In this document: positions 16,515 to 25,380 of the stretch, in pieces
Numbering within the stretch: the first letter of the stretch is position 1
How the letters are laid out: the number at the start of each line of letters is the position of its first letter
IMG/VR virus record: IMGVR_UViG_3300033076_000277
Span: 1,656-65,655 of that record
Length of the DNA stretch: 64,000 nucleotides
Reading direction: 5' to 3' (one strand)
Source: a virus
Taxonomy: Duplodnaviria > Caudoviricetes
Made by a program: the position numbers and the translations under genes
Notes under the pieces: generated by a model
The model's database searches: none
What the model saw: only the letters and a program-made list of their open reading frames with translations
Told to the model about the DNA's origin: nothing

Positions 16515-16746
16515 TGAAGCGGGCGTGTACTACGCCATGCCAATCGGGACAGGGTATGGGAACTCAGGCGTGCCTGATTTTCTTGCGTGTGCTGGTGGCA
16601 GGTTCATTGCCATCGAAGCGAAGGCGGGTAAGGGTAAGACCACCGCGCTACAAGAGTCCCATCTAAGCCGCATACGTGGCGCAGGGGGGACAGCCGTTGT
16701 CATCAACGAAGACAACCTACACACTTTAAAGGAGCTTTTATCATGA
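16462..16746 (+). CDS. VRR-NUC domain nuclease (PD-(D/E)xK)
   Basis: GVPDFLAC...FIAIEAKA...TALQ...IRGAGG. Confidence 0.9.
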   Translation: MASTPEALVKKKIRKILDEAGVYYAMPIGTGYGNSGVPDFLACAGGRFIAIEAKAGKGKTTALQESHLSRIRGAGGTAVVINEDNLHTLKELLS

Positions 16747-17024
16747 CAGACACAATGACACAGGAAGAATTAGAGCAACGCGTTGCCGCGATGTCAGACG
16801 AAGAGCAGGCGCACTTCAAGTTGCTGATACACAAGTTGGTGATGTGTTATGGAGAAGGCAATGCGCAAGGTGTTGTCATCATTGGTCGCGCAGAGGATGC
16901 GTTTGCAGGAGTCGTCACCCTAAACTGTGATGAGATGGAGGCGTCGCAACTCATGTTGGCGGCAAACGATTTTTTCGGCTTTTTAAATCTCGTCGACGCG
17001 CCCCCTAAGGAGCAGTTCAATTGA
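16743..17024 (+). CDS. hypothetical protein
   Basis: 93 aa, GGAGCTTTTATCATG start. Confidence 0.75.
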   Translation: MTDTMTQEELEQRVAAMSDEEQAHFKLLIHKLVMCYGEGNAQGVVIIGRAEDAFAGVVTLNCDEMEASQLMLAANDFFGFLNLVDAPPKEQFN

Positions 17025-18988
17025 GCAAACCATTCAAACAAATTATCACAGTTGATTTCGAAACACGTTGGGACAGCAAGGAATACACGCTGTCCAAGAT
17101 GACAACAGAGGAGTACATACGTGACCCAAGATTCAAAGCCTTTGGCGCATGCATCCACGAGTTCGGCTCAGACAAACGCACCCAGTGGTACAGAGGAGAT
17201 GAGCTCCCGCGCATCCTTGCTTGCTATGATCCTAAGACCACTGCTGTTCTGGCTCACAACGCTCAGTTCGATGTTTCTATATTGGAGTGGGTATATGACT
17301 GGCACCCATGCTTTATTTTTGATTCTCTTTCTATGGCTCGTGCTCTACGGGGTGTCGAGGTGGGAAACTCACTGATGAAACTGGCAGACGAGTTCGGTCT
17401 GCCGCCCAAGGGTCAAGCCGTGCACAACACCAACGGCGTGGAGGAGCTCACGCAAGAGATGGAGTTCGAACTTGCCGAGTACTGTGCTCATGATGTGTTT
17501 CTTTGTGAAGAGATATTCAAACGCTTGAGCAAGGGCTACCCTGCAAAAGAACTGCGCCTCATCGACATGACGCTCAAGATGTACACGCGTCCGCTGTTGC
17601 AACTAGATCAATCAATGCTCATCAAGGCCTTGGCCGAGGAAGGAAACGCTCGTGAACAACTATTACAGAGGCTCGGCGTGGAAGAGGCTGAGCTGGCATC
17701 GAACCCAAAGTTTGCTGAACTACTTACAAAACTGGGCGTTGTTCCGCCTACTAAAACCAGTAAAACCACAGGCAAGACCACGCTCGCGCTTGCCAAGAAC
17801 GATGCCTTATTTCAGACGTTGCTTAACAGTGAACGTGAGGACATTGCCTTACTTTGCCAAGCGCGTCTTAAAGTTAAATCAACCACCGAGAGAACACGCG
17901 CACAGCGCTTTCTCGACATCAGTAAACGCGGGGCATTACCCGTCCCTCTCTCCTACTATGGTGCGCAAACAGGTCGTTGGACAGCGGCCAAAGGCTCGGC
18001 CATCAACATGCAAAACCTCAAGCGAGGTTCGTTCCTACGCAAAGCAATTATGGCTCCCGATGGCTACCAACTCGTTGTCGGCGATCTATCGCAGATTGAG
18101 CCGCGAGTGCTTGCGTGGCTTTCCGACTACGAAGATATGCTTGAAATTTTCAGGGGTGGAGGCGACCCTTATGCCGCGTTCGGCGCACAGATGTTTAACA
18201 TCCCCGGTCTCACCAAAGAGTCTCATCCGGACTTACGGCAGTCGGCAAAGAGTGCGCTTCTGGGATGCGGGTATGGACTCGGTTGGGCTTCCTTTGCGTC
18301 TCAACTACTCGTCGGGTTCCTCGGTGCGCCGCCTGTGCGGTATTCGAAAGACTTTGCAAAAAAGTTAGGCGTTGACTCAGAGTATGCGCAGGCGTTTGTG
18401 AAGTGGGATGGCAACGACGAGAAGCTGTTGGAGATACCGCACACATGCTCAACCCAAGAACTTCTGCACCACGTGCTTGCGGCCAAGGCAATCATAGATA
18501 CGTATAGGAGAACTGCGTACCCTGTTGTAGCGTTCTGGAGTCTCTGTGAAACAGCTTTACACAGGTCGCTTGTCAATGGTGAAGAACTGGTGTATAAATG
18601 CATCACGTTCCGTAAAGGCGAGATAGAATTGCCAAACGGAATGAAGTTGTTGTACCCTGACCTCCGCTATGAGAAGGACGACAAAGGTAGGAGCCAAGCA
18701 GTCTATGGGCCACACGCTACCAAGTTGTATGCAGGGAAGATAACGAACAACATCACGCAGGCTTTGGCTCGCATTGTGATGACGGATGGTATGTTGAGGG
18801 TAGCAAAGAAATACCCGATTGCAGGCACAGTGCATGACGAGTTAATTGCAGTTGTACCTGACGATGAAGTGGCTGACGCTAAGACTTGGGTCTTGGCGCA
18901 AATGACTATGGAGCCGCCCTACATGAAGGGTATTCCATTGGACGCTGACGGTGGCGCACACCGCCGTTATGGGTTAGCTAAAAACTAG
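17021..18988 (+). CDS. polA: family A DNA polymerase with 3'-5' exonuclease
   Basis: Exo DFET, HNAQFD, YCAHD; motif A DLSQIEPR, motif B RQSAKSALLGCGYG, motif C TVHDE. Confidence 0.97.
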   Translation: MSKPFKQIITVDFETRWDSKEYTLSKMTTEEYIRDPRFKAFGACIHEFGSDKRTQWYRGDELPRILACYDPKTTAVLAHNAQFDVSILEWVYDWHPCFIFDSLSMARALRGVEVGNSLMKLADEFGLPPKGQAVHNTNGVEELTQEMEFELAEYCAHDVFLCEEIFKRLSKGYPAKELRLIDMTLKMYTRPLLQLDQSMLIKALAEEGNAREQLLQRLGVEEAELASNPKFAELLTKLGVVPPTKTSKTTGKTTLALAKNDALFQTLLNSEREDIALLCQARLKVKSTTERTRAQRFLDISKRGALPVPLSYYGAQTGRWTAAKGSAINMQNLKRGSFLRKAIMAPDGYQLVVGDLSQIEPRVLAWLSDYEDMLEIFRGGGDPYAAFGAQMFNIPGLTKESHPDLRQSAKSALLGCGYGLGWASFASQLLVGFLGAPPVRYSKDFAKKLGVDSEYAQAFVKWDGNDEKLLEIPHTCSTQELLHHVLAAKAIIDTYRRTAYPVVAFWSLCETALHRSLVNGEELVYKCITFRKGEIELPNGMKLLYPDLRYEKDDKGRSQAVYGPHATKLYAGKITNNITQALARIVMTDGMLRVAKKYPIAGTVHDELIAVVPDDEVADAKTWVLAQMTMEPPYMKGIPLDADGGAHRRYGLAKN

Positions 18989-18996
18989 GAGAAGCA

Positions 18997-19293
18997 ATGC
19001 AGATACCAAAACAAATTACTGTGGGCAAGAAGACGTACAAGATTACGCGCCCTCATACCATTCAAGACCCTGCGGCCTATGGCCGTACATACTTCGAAGA
19101 AAACCGCATCGAGTTAGCGCAGTTCGACAACCATGGCAATACGTTTGAGCAAGTAGAAGTTGACGACACTTTCTGGCACGAGCTCACGCACTGCATCCTC
19201 TACGACATGGGGCACGACTTGTGTGAAAACGAGCGCTTCGTTACAGCTTTTGCCAACAGGTTATGCGATGCCGTTAACTCTGCAAAACTCTGA
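18997..19293 (+). CDS. small HExxH zincin-like protein
   Basis: TFWHELTHCIL...ERFV. Confidence 0.75.
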   Translation: MQIPKQITVGKKTYKITRPHTIQDPAAYGRTYFEENRIELAQFDNHGNTFEQVEVDDTFWHELTHCILYDMGHDLCENERFVTAFANRLCDAVNSAKL

Positions 19294-19303
19294 AGAGCAG
19301 GCG

Positions 19304-19489
19304 ATGCACGATCTGATAATTGTGGCGGGGTGGGAGATACTGGAGGGGAAACACACATGGGTTGTTAAGTCCCCGAACGGTGTTATGTTTTCAGTAAACC
19401 AGCAACGTCCCGAGCGCCCAGTCATCTACGACCTTTTCGACACCTTTGTTAGACACCTCAACAAATCACACAAACACTTATCAATATGA
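19304..19489 (+). CDS. hypothetical protein
   Basis: 61 aa from ATG 19304, coupled to next gene. Confidence 0.5.
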   Translation: MHDLIIVAGWEILEGKHTWVVKSPNGVMFSVNQQRPERPVIYDLFDTFVRHLNKSHKHLSI

Positions 19490-20151
19490 AACAACCCGCA
19501 TGGTCACACTCGTCGCTCAAAGATTTTGAGGGATGCCAACGCCGCTACTACGAAGTCAAGGTCTTGAAGAACTATCCGTTCACTGAGACTGAGGCAACAC
19601 GTTATGGCAACCAAGTGCACGAAGCCATCGAGCATTACATCGCAGAGGGCAAACCAATCCCGCCTGAGTACTCCCAGTTCCAACCCGTAGTGGACGCGAT
19701 GCTCAAGAAGAACGGCCGCAAGCTGGCGGAGTATGAGATGGCGCTGACTGTTGACCTCAAGCCTACTGGTTGGAAGTCCAAGGACGTGTGGGTGCGCGGC
19801 ATTGCTGACATCTTAATCATTGATGACGAGAACCTGACAGCATGGGTTGGCGACTGGAAGACTGGCAACAACAAGTATCCAGACAGAGATCAGCTTGTCC
19901 TCATGTCGCTCATGGTGTTCGCCCACTTCCCACACATCCGCAAGGTCAACTCAGCGTTGCTGTTCATTGTGAAAAATGATATGGTCAAGATGTCGATGGC
20001 GCGAGAAGACATTGACAAGCACTGGTGGGACTACCGTGAGCGTACTGCGCGGCTTGAAGCAAGCTTTGCCAACGACGTGTGGAACCCAAACCAAACGCCA
20101 CTATGCGGTTGGTGCCCAGTAAAGACTTGCGAGTTCAACAAGAAACACTGA
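19486..20151 (+). CDS. Cas4-like PD-(D/E)xK exonuclease
   Basis: SHSS...C.RRYY, ADIL...DWKTG, C-terminal CGWCP...C. Confidence 0.85.
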   Translation: MKQPAWSHSSLKDFEGCQRRYYEVKVLKNYPFTETEATRYGNQVHEAIEHYIAEGKPIPPEYSQFQPVVDAMLKKNGRKLAEYEMALTVDLKPTGWKSKDVWVRGIADILIIDDENLTAWVGDWKTGNNKYPDRDQLVLMSLMVFAHFPHIRKVNSALLFIVKNDMVKMSMAREDIDKHWWDYRERTARLEASFANDVWNPNQTPLCGWCPVKTCEFNKKH

Positions 20152-20161
20152 AAGGAAAATC

Positions 20162-20428
20162 ATGCCTTACGTAAACAAACCACGCCCATACGCCAAAGAA
20201 TACGAGCAGTATGACGGCACACCGGCAGTCAAGAAGAAGCGCGCCGCACGCAACAAAGCACGCGCCATGATGGAGAAGGAAGGCCTCGTGCACAAAGGTG
20301 ACGGCAAAGATGTTGACCACAAGAAGGCGCTCTCAAAAGGCGGCAAGACTGTGCGCTCAAACCTTCGCGTCAAAGATGCAAGTGCGAACCGTTCATACGC
20401 TCGCAAATCAGACCACTCGATAAAATAA
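20162..20428 (+). CDS. small HNH-type endonuclease
   Basis: DVDHKKALSKGG...SNLRV...ANRS. Confidence 0.8.
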   Translation: MPYVNKPRPYAKEYEQYDGTPAVKKKRAARNKARAMMEKEGLVHKGDGKDVDHKKALSKGGKTVRSNLRVKDASANRSYARKSDHSIK

Positions 20429-20889
20429 TGTCACTACTTAATAACCTCTTCGGAACCAACGCCGCGCAGGGACTTCAAGGTGCCATCGGCGGCGCTCAAC
20501 AAGCGCAGAACATGGGAACACTGGCCTCCCCCGGCTCGTTGCTGAACATAGCTAACGGCGGTACTGCGGTGGCACAACAACAGGCATACAACAACATGCT
20601 TGCGCGAAACAATGCCGTGGCAGGCAGTACCACCAATGTCGGAAAGATCATAGGTGAAGCGCACACACATGCCACAAGCAAAGAGCTTGAACACGAAGCG
20701 TACAACGTGTCAGTAGAAAACCTAATCAATCTCTGGGTAACACGTTGGGGTAACGAGTGGGCTGACCTAACGGACATTGAGAACGATGAGTTCTTTAGGC
20801 TAGCGTACCGACGGCTCAAACAAATGGGCGAGCTTGAGACGCACTACCTTACAGATCGAGCGCGGTACGTGTGCCGCAGACCAGAATAA
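20428..20889 (+). CDS. hypothetical protein, paralog 1 (LW..WG..W domain)
   Basis: Low-complexity G/A/Q/N N-terminus plus ENLINLWVTRWGNEW. Confidence 0.75.
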   Translation: MSLLNNLFGTNAAQGLQGAIGGAQQAQNMGTLASPGSLLNIANGGTAVAQQQAYNNMLARNNAVAGSTTNVGKIIGEAHTHATSKELEHEAYNVSVENLINLWVTRWGNEWADLTDIENDEFFRLAYRRLKQMGELETHYLTDRARYVCRRPE

Positions 20890-20904
20890 AACAAGGAGAA
20901 GCAA

Positions 20905-21246
20905 ATGGGAAAAGTAAAAAACACATATCACATAAACCCATCACAAGTAGCAGTAGCAAAAAAGATGGGCATAACTTTAGAAGAGTTTGCAAAACACATG
21001 GTGCCGTTTGCGCCAACTTCCATGACCACGTTCAATCCAAACAAAGACCCTGTGTATTCAATACCGCTGTCTGAGTTAGTTAACTTGTGGCGAGCAAAGT
21101 TTGGGGATACGTGGGTAGATGTGTCTGAACTAGAAGATGACTTTTGGTCTGATGCATCTGCACGCTTGCACACAAACAAGTTGATGGAAGAACTGAACCA
21201 TCACAGCGACACAACGCCATGGTCTAGGCTGAAGGAGGGCGCATGA
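20905..21246 (+). CDS. hypothetical protein, paralog 2
   Basis: SELVNLWRAKFGDTW. Confidence 0.75.
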   Translation: MGKVKNTYHINPSQVAVAKKMGITLEEFAKHMVPFAPTSMTTFNPNKDPVYSIPLSELVNLWRAKFGDTWVDVSELEDDFWSDASARLHTNKLMEELNHHSDTTPWSRLKEGA

Positions 21247-21578
21247 GCACGATGAAATACAAAGCGACTGAGCGCTACGAAATGGGGTGGACTGACCCAC
21301 GCGGTATGAACATGTTAGGCAAAATAAATTTAAATGGTGGTGAGCCCACAGGCCTTACCGAAACGCCGACGGAAGTATTGCGCGATCTATGGATGGTTCA
21401 GTTCAGTTCGAGGCTAGTGACTTACGATGACATAGTGAAAGCAATGGAGCGCAACGAAACAAACGTGGCGCAAGAATTAGTCAACAGGAGTCTTGTCGAA
21501 CAGCGAAAAGTGTCGCGCATGGATATGGATAAACCCCAATACTATTTCGCACTGGTAAAAGAAGATGCAAATAATTGA
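21243..21578 (+). CDS. hypothetical protein, paralog 3 (divergent)
   Basis: EVLRDLWMVQFSSRL. Confidence 0.7.
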   Translation: MSTMKYKATERYEMGWTDPRGMNMLGKINLNGGEPTGLTETPTEVLRDLWMVQFSSRLVTYDDIVKAMERNETNVAQELVNRSLVEQRKVSRMDMDKPQYYFALVKEDANN

Positions 21579-23127
21579 AGACAAAGCGCTCGTACTGCGC
21601 ACACGTAACCCAAGCAAGTACTCAATCATTCCAAAGCATAAGGTGCTGTCTGAGGAGAACGGCATCTATGAAGTTGCTGTGTACTGGGGGCTCGACGAGT
21701 CTCGCGTGCTACGCAATCTTGGCGTGAAAGATGTGCCGTCGCCTATCACTAGGCGCTACGACTGGCCGGGCAAGTTTGTACCAATGGCTCACCAAATAGA
21801 GACAGCGGCTTTCTTGACACTCAACCGCAGAGCGTTCTGCTTTAACGACCCCGGCACTGGCAAGACTTTGTCTGCGCTATGGGCGGCTGACTTCTTGATG
21901 AAGCGTGGTGAAGTGCGGCGCGTTCTTATTCTCTGCCCCTTGTCCATCATGCACAGCGCGTGGATGGGCGACATCAACCGAAGCGTGATTCACAGAAGCG
22001 CAGTGGTAGCCCACCATTCGCAAGCCAGTCGGCGCATCGAGATGATTCAGCAGGACTACGAGATTGTGATTGCCAACTACGATGGCCTGAACTTGATTGC
22101 CTCTGAGATCAACGCAGATGGGCGCTTTGACTTAATCATTGTGGACGAGGCCAACGCATACAAGAACCCATCGACACGCAGATGGAAGACCCTTGCGTCA
22201 ATCATCAAGCCCGAGACATACCTGTGGATGATGACTGGTACGCCTGCATCGCAGTCGCCTGTGGATGCGTACGGCTTGGCTCGCTTGGTCAATCCCGGCG
22301 GTGTGCCCAAGTTCATGACATCGTGGCGCGACAAAGTGATGAACAAGATTAGCATGTTCAAGTGGGCTCCCAAGGGCGATGCAAAGGACACGGTGTTCAA
22401 GGCGCTACAGCCTGCAATACGTTTCACAAAAGAGCAGTGCCTTGACTTGCCGCCAGTCATCACAGTCACCCGCGAAGTACCGATGACACCTCAGCAGGCG
22501 AAGTACTACAAGCTACTCAAAGAGCAAATGCTTGTCCAAGCTGCCGGAGAAACAATCAGCGCAGTCAATGCAGGCGTTGCTGTAAACAAGTTGCTACAAA
22601 TCAGTTGCGGTGCCGCTTACACTGACGAGAAAGAAGTTGTGGAGTTCGATGCCGCGCCACGTCTAAACGTGTTGGAGGAAGTGTTGGAGGAGACATCGCG
22701 CAAGGTCATCATCTTCGCGCTGTTCCGCTCAAGCATTGACACCATCGTCACGTATCTCACAAAGCATGGCTATGCCGTGGACCAAATTCATGGCGACGTG
22801 TCTGCAACAAAGCGTGGGCACATCATCAATGACTTTCAAACAACTGACAACATCCGCGTGTTGGTGATGCAACCGCAAGCGACTGCACACGGGATTACCC
22901 TTACGGCCGCTGACACTGTTGTCTTCTATGGTCCACTAATGTCTGTGGAGATGTACACGCAGTGTATTGCGCGTGCTGATCGCAAGGGGCAAGACTCAGA
23001 CAAAGTCACTGTGGTGCACATTGAGTCAAGCCCCATCGAGAAGAAGCTCTTCAAGGCGATGAATACAAAAGTTTCAGACCACGCTTTGCTTGTCGGCATG
23101 TTCGACAGCGAGGTAAAAAATATTTAA
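21565..23127 (+). CDS. SNF2-like SF2 helicase
   Basis: DPGTGKT, IVDEAN, MTGTP, HGITLT, QCIARADRKGQ. Confidence 0.93.
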   Translation: MQIIEDKALVLRTRNPSKYSIIPKHKVLSEENGIYEVAVYWGLDESRVLRNLGVKDVPSPITRRYDWPGKFVPMAHQIETAAFLTLNRRAFCFNDPGTGKTLSALWAADFLMKRGEVRRVLILCPLSIMHSAWMGDINRSVIHRSAVVAHHSQASRRIEMIQQDYEIVIANYDGLNLIASEINADGRFDLIIVDEANAYKNPSTRRWKTLASIIKPETYLWMMTGTPASQSPVDAYGLARLVNPGGVPKFMTSWRDKVMNKISMFKWAPKGDAKDTVFKALQPAIRFTKEQCLDLPPVITVTREVPMTPQQAKYYKLLKEQMLVQAAGETISAVNAGVAVNKLLQISCGAAYTDEKEVVEFDAAPRLNVLEEVLEETSRKVIIFALFRSSIDTIVTYLTKHGYAVDQIHGDVSATKRGHIINDFQTTDNIRVLVMQPQATAHGITLTAADTVVFYGPLMSVEMYTQCIARADRKGQDSDKVTVVHIESSPIEKKLFKAMNTKVSDHALLVGMFDSEVKNI

Positions 23128-23136
23128 AGAAAGGAG

Positions 23137-23179
23137 TTGCAAATCAAATCAGTCGTGCTATGCTGTCAAACCATTGACA
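23137..23179 (+). promoter_or_regulatory. promoter with downstream operator
   Basis: TTGCAA-16-TATGCT with TG extension; TGTCAA-ACCA-TTGACA at 23164-23179. Confidence 0.7.
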
Positions 23180-23207
23180 ATAATTCAAAGCAAACAGGAG
23201 AAGCAAA

Positions 23208-23657
23208 ATGTCAGTAGTCGATGATGAGGATACCCCTCAGCAAGAAGCGCCGCCGGAAGTTGCCACTGTCCCCATGGACAAGCTAGCCAAGGTGTACCGC
23301 CGGATGCAGTCACGCATCCAAGAGTTAACAACTCAATACGAGTCCGAGATTGAAGACATCAAGCGTCAGCAAGATGTTGTAAAGATTGCGCTCAAAGACC
23401 AAATGCTAAAGCTCGGCGTATCTAGCGTACGCACAGACCAAGGCACCGTAGTGCTGTCCACAAAGACACGCTACAACACACAGGACTGGGACTCGTTCAA
23501 AGAGTTCATCAAGGAACACGATGCGTTGGACTTGTTGGAGAAGCGTATTGCGCAGACCAACATGGCAACCTTCTTGGCCGACAACCCCAGTCTCGTACCC
23601 GCAGGGCTGAACTCAACAACTGAGTACGCCATTTCAGTAAGGAAACCAACCAAATGA
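23208..23657 (+). CDS. replication-module coiled-coil protein (Gam/Gp157-like, uncertain)
   Basis: N-terminal coiled coil plus beta-rich C-terminus; position between helicase and SSB-like gene. Confidence 0.6.
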   Translation: MSVVDDEDTPQQEAPPEVATVPMDKLAKVYRRMQSRIQELTTQYESEIEDIKRQQDVVKIALKDQMLKLGVSSVRTDQGTVVLSTKTRYNTQDWDSFKEFIKEHDALDLLEKRIAQTNMATFLADNPSLVPAGLNSTTEYAISVRKPTK

Positions 23658-23896
23658 CAAAGAAAACAGTGTCTCAAGAACTGGACGAGATCGCCGCATC
23701 CGCTCCAGTCGAAAGCATCGAAGACAAAATGTACGAGCGCTCTCGCGCTGAGTTGCGTGACATTCAGTGGACACGAGAGAACGCGTTGCGATGCGCCATC
23801 GACTTCCACAAAAACAATGGTGGTATGACCACTGCCTCGGCGCTTGTTGACCAAGCCCAGACCTTTTTAAACTTTATTCAAGGAGAAACCAAATGA
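23654..23896 (+). CDS. hypothetical protein
   Basis: 80 aa, coupled. Confidence 0.7.
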   Translation: MTKKTVSQELDEIAASAPVESIEDKMYERSRAELRDIQWTRENALRCAIDFHKNNGGMTTASALVDQAQTFLNFIQGETK

Positions 23897-24879
23897 GCAA
23901 CGTAGCTCTCTTTAACCCATCCCAAGTACCCGCGTTCGCTAAGAACCGCAAAGAGCTGTCCCCCATCGCCAAGGCGTTGGCAGGTGGCGGCGTCAACGGA
24001 GGCAAGCGCATCTCCATCAAGGGCGGCGTGTTCCGTCTGGTTGATGGCGGCAAAGAGATCGCCGCTATTGAAGACCGCTATCTGGACGTTGTGGTTGTCA
24101 ATGCCGCGCCTGATGTCGGACGCCAGTATTACGCAGGCTCTTATGACAAGGATGCCACAGCCGCTCCGCCTGACTGCTGGTCACAAGACGGCAAGACGCC
24201 AAGCCCTGATGCCAAGAACAAACAACACTCCAAGTGTGATGGTTGCCCACAGAACATCGCAGGTTCAGGCCAAGGTAACAGCCGTGCTTGCCGCTATCAG
24301 CAACGTCTTGCTGTAGTGCTCGCCAACGACATGGAAGGCGCAGTGATGCAGTTGGCTCTGCCTGCTACGTCAATCTTCGGTAAAGAAGAAGGTGAGAACC
24401 GCCCACTGCAAGCGTACGCTCGTTGGTTGGCCGCGCAGAACATTGACCCATCTGAGGTCATCACGCGTATGAAGTTCGACACCAAGTCCGAGTCACCCAA
24501 GTTGTTCTTCAAGCCTATGCGTTGGTTGACAGACGACGAGTTCCCCATCATCCAAGAGCAAGGCAAGTCTGACGATGCGCTCAAAGCCATCACGATGACT
24601 GTCGCTAAGATGGACGGCGCGGCTGTAGCGGCTCCGGTTGAGATCCCCGGTGCGCGTCCCAAGGCGGCGGCAAAGCCTGCCCCCGAGCCAGAAGCAGAAG
24701 AGGAAGAAGCGCCCGCTCCTGCACCAAAGGCTAAGGCAAAAGCCAAAGCCGCACCTCTGCCTGCTGAGGATGACGACGAGCCACCAGTCGTGCGCAAGGA
24801 AGAGAAGAAACAAAACGCGGTGCCCAAGGCTAAGTCAGCGCTAGCTGACATGGTCGACGACTGGGACGAAACCGAGTAA
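23893..24879 (+). CDS. putative ssDNA-binding/annealing protein
   Basis: RISIKGGVF...DCWS...CDGCPQN...CRY; Ala/Pro/Lys linker and acidic aromatic tail DDWDETE. Confidence 0.65.
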   Translation: MSNVALFNPSQVPAFAKNRKELSPIAKALAGGGVNGGKRISIKGGVFRLVDGGKEIAAIEDRYLDVVVVNAAPDVGRQYYAGSYDKDATAAPPDCWSQDGKTPSPDAKNKQHSKCDGCPQNIAGSGQGNSRACRYQQRLAVVLANDMEGAVMQLALPATSIFGKEEGENRPLQAYARWLAAQNIDPSEVITRMKFDTKSESPKLFFKPMRWLTDDEFPIIQEQGKSDDALKAITMTVAKMDGAAVAAPVEIPGARPKAAAKPAPEPEAEEEEAPAPAPKAKAKAKAAPLPAEDDDEPPVVRKEEKKQNAVPKAKSALADMVDDWDETE

Positions 24880-24886
24880 AGGAATC

Positions 24887-24942
24887 GGGGGGAACGTTGT
24901 GCAGAGCTTTAACGAGCTTGCGGACGAACAACTAGTACCTCC
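24887..24942 (+). ncRNA. candidate structured RNA with loop-E (bulged-G) motif
   Basis: GGGGG/CCTCC stem, GAAC/TAGTA internal loop, GTTGT/ACAAC stem, inner GCA-AGCT/AGCT-TGC hairpin. Confidence 0.55.
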
Positions 24943-24951
24943 ACCTACACC

Positions 24952-25230
24952 ATGGCATATTCACCACAAGTAATCAGCGCAGTCAAGAAAGCGCCTAAGA
25001 CGTTGGGCAACCAACTCGGGCGATGGGCTGTGCATCACGACTTCTCGGCCATCAAGATCACCAAGGCAACAGGCGCTTCTCGGCAATCTGTTTACAACTG
25101 GTTCAATGGTGGCGAAGTCTTCGTCGCTTACCGCCCTGCGGTTGAAGCACTTCTTAAAATTTTGCAGTCGTCCGGCACGGGCGAGGAAGCTTGGAAAAAA
25201 ACATGCAAAGCGTTCAACCTCAACACCTAA
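24952..25230 (+). CDS. Cro/XRE-like HTH regulator
   Basis: SAIKITKATGASRQSVYNWFNG helix-turn-helix. Confidence 0.85.
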   Translation: MAYSPQVISAVKKAPKTLGNQLGRWAVHHDFSAIKITKATGASRQSVYNWFNGGEVFVAYRPAVEALLKILQSSGTGEEAWKKTCKAFNLNT

Positions 25231-25367
25231 GCGCAGAAGAGCTACTGCGCCACGTATACCTGATGGGCAATGAAAACCTGCCGAAAGAGTGGGTAGAAGC
25301 ACTGTGCACACAGCTTGCCAAGGCACTGGACCGCGAGTCAGGCAACTGCGACGAAGAACTAAAGTAA
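25203..25367 (+). CDS. 54-aa hypothetical protein (MQSVQPQHLSAEELLRH...)
   Basis: Not in ORF track; fills the gap between HTH and primase genes. Confidence 0.55.
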   Translation: MQSVQPQHLSAEELLRHVYLMGNENLPKEWVEALCTQLAKALDRESGNCDEELK

Positions 25368-25380
25368 CCAAAGGACAAAC

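Noticed and set aside
20162-20428. HNH gene as a mobile homing endonuclease or intron
   Set aside because: Only 88 aa, no DNA-binding extension, not interrupting a gene, cleanly coupled in the operon
24297-24851. 184-aa - strand Ser/Ala-rich ORF
   Set aside because: Antisense of the low-complexity Ala/Pro/Lys/Glu tail of the SSB-like gene
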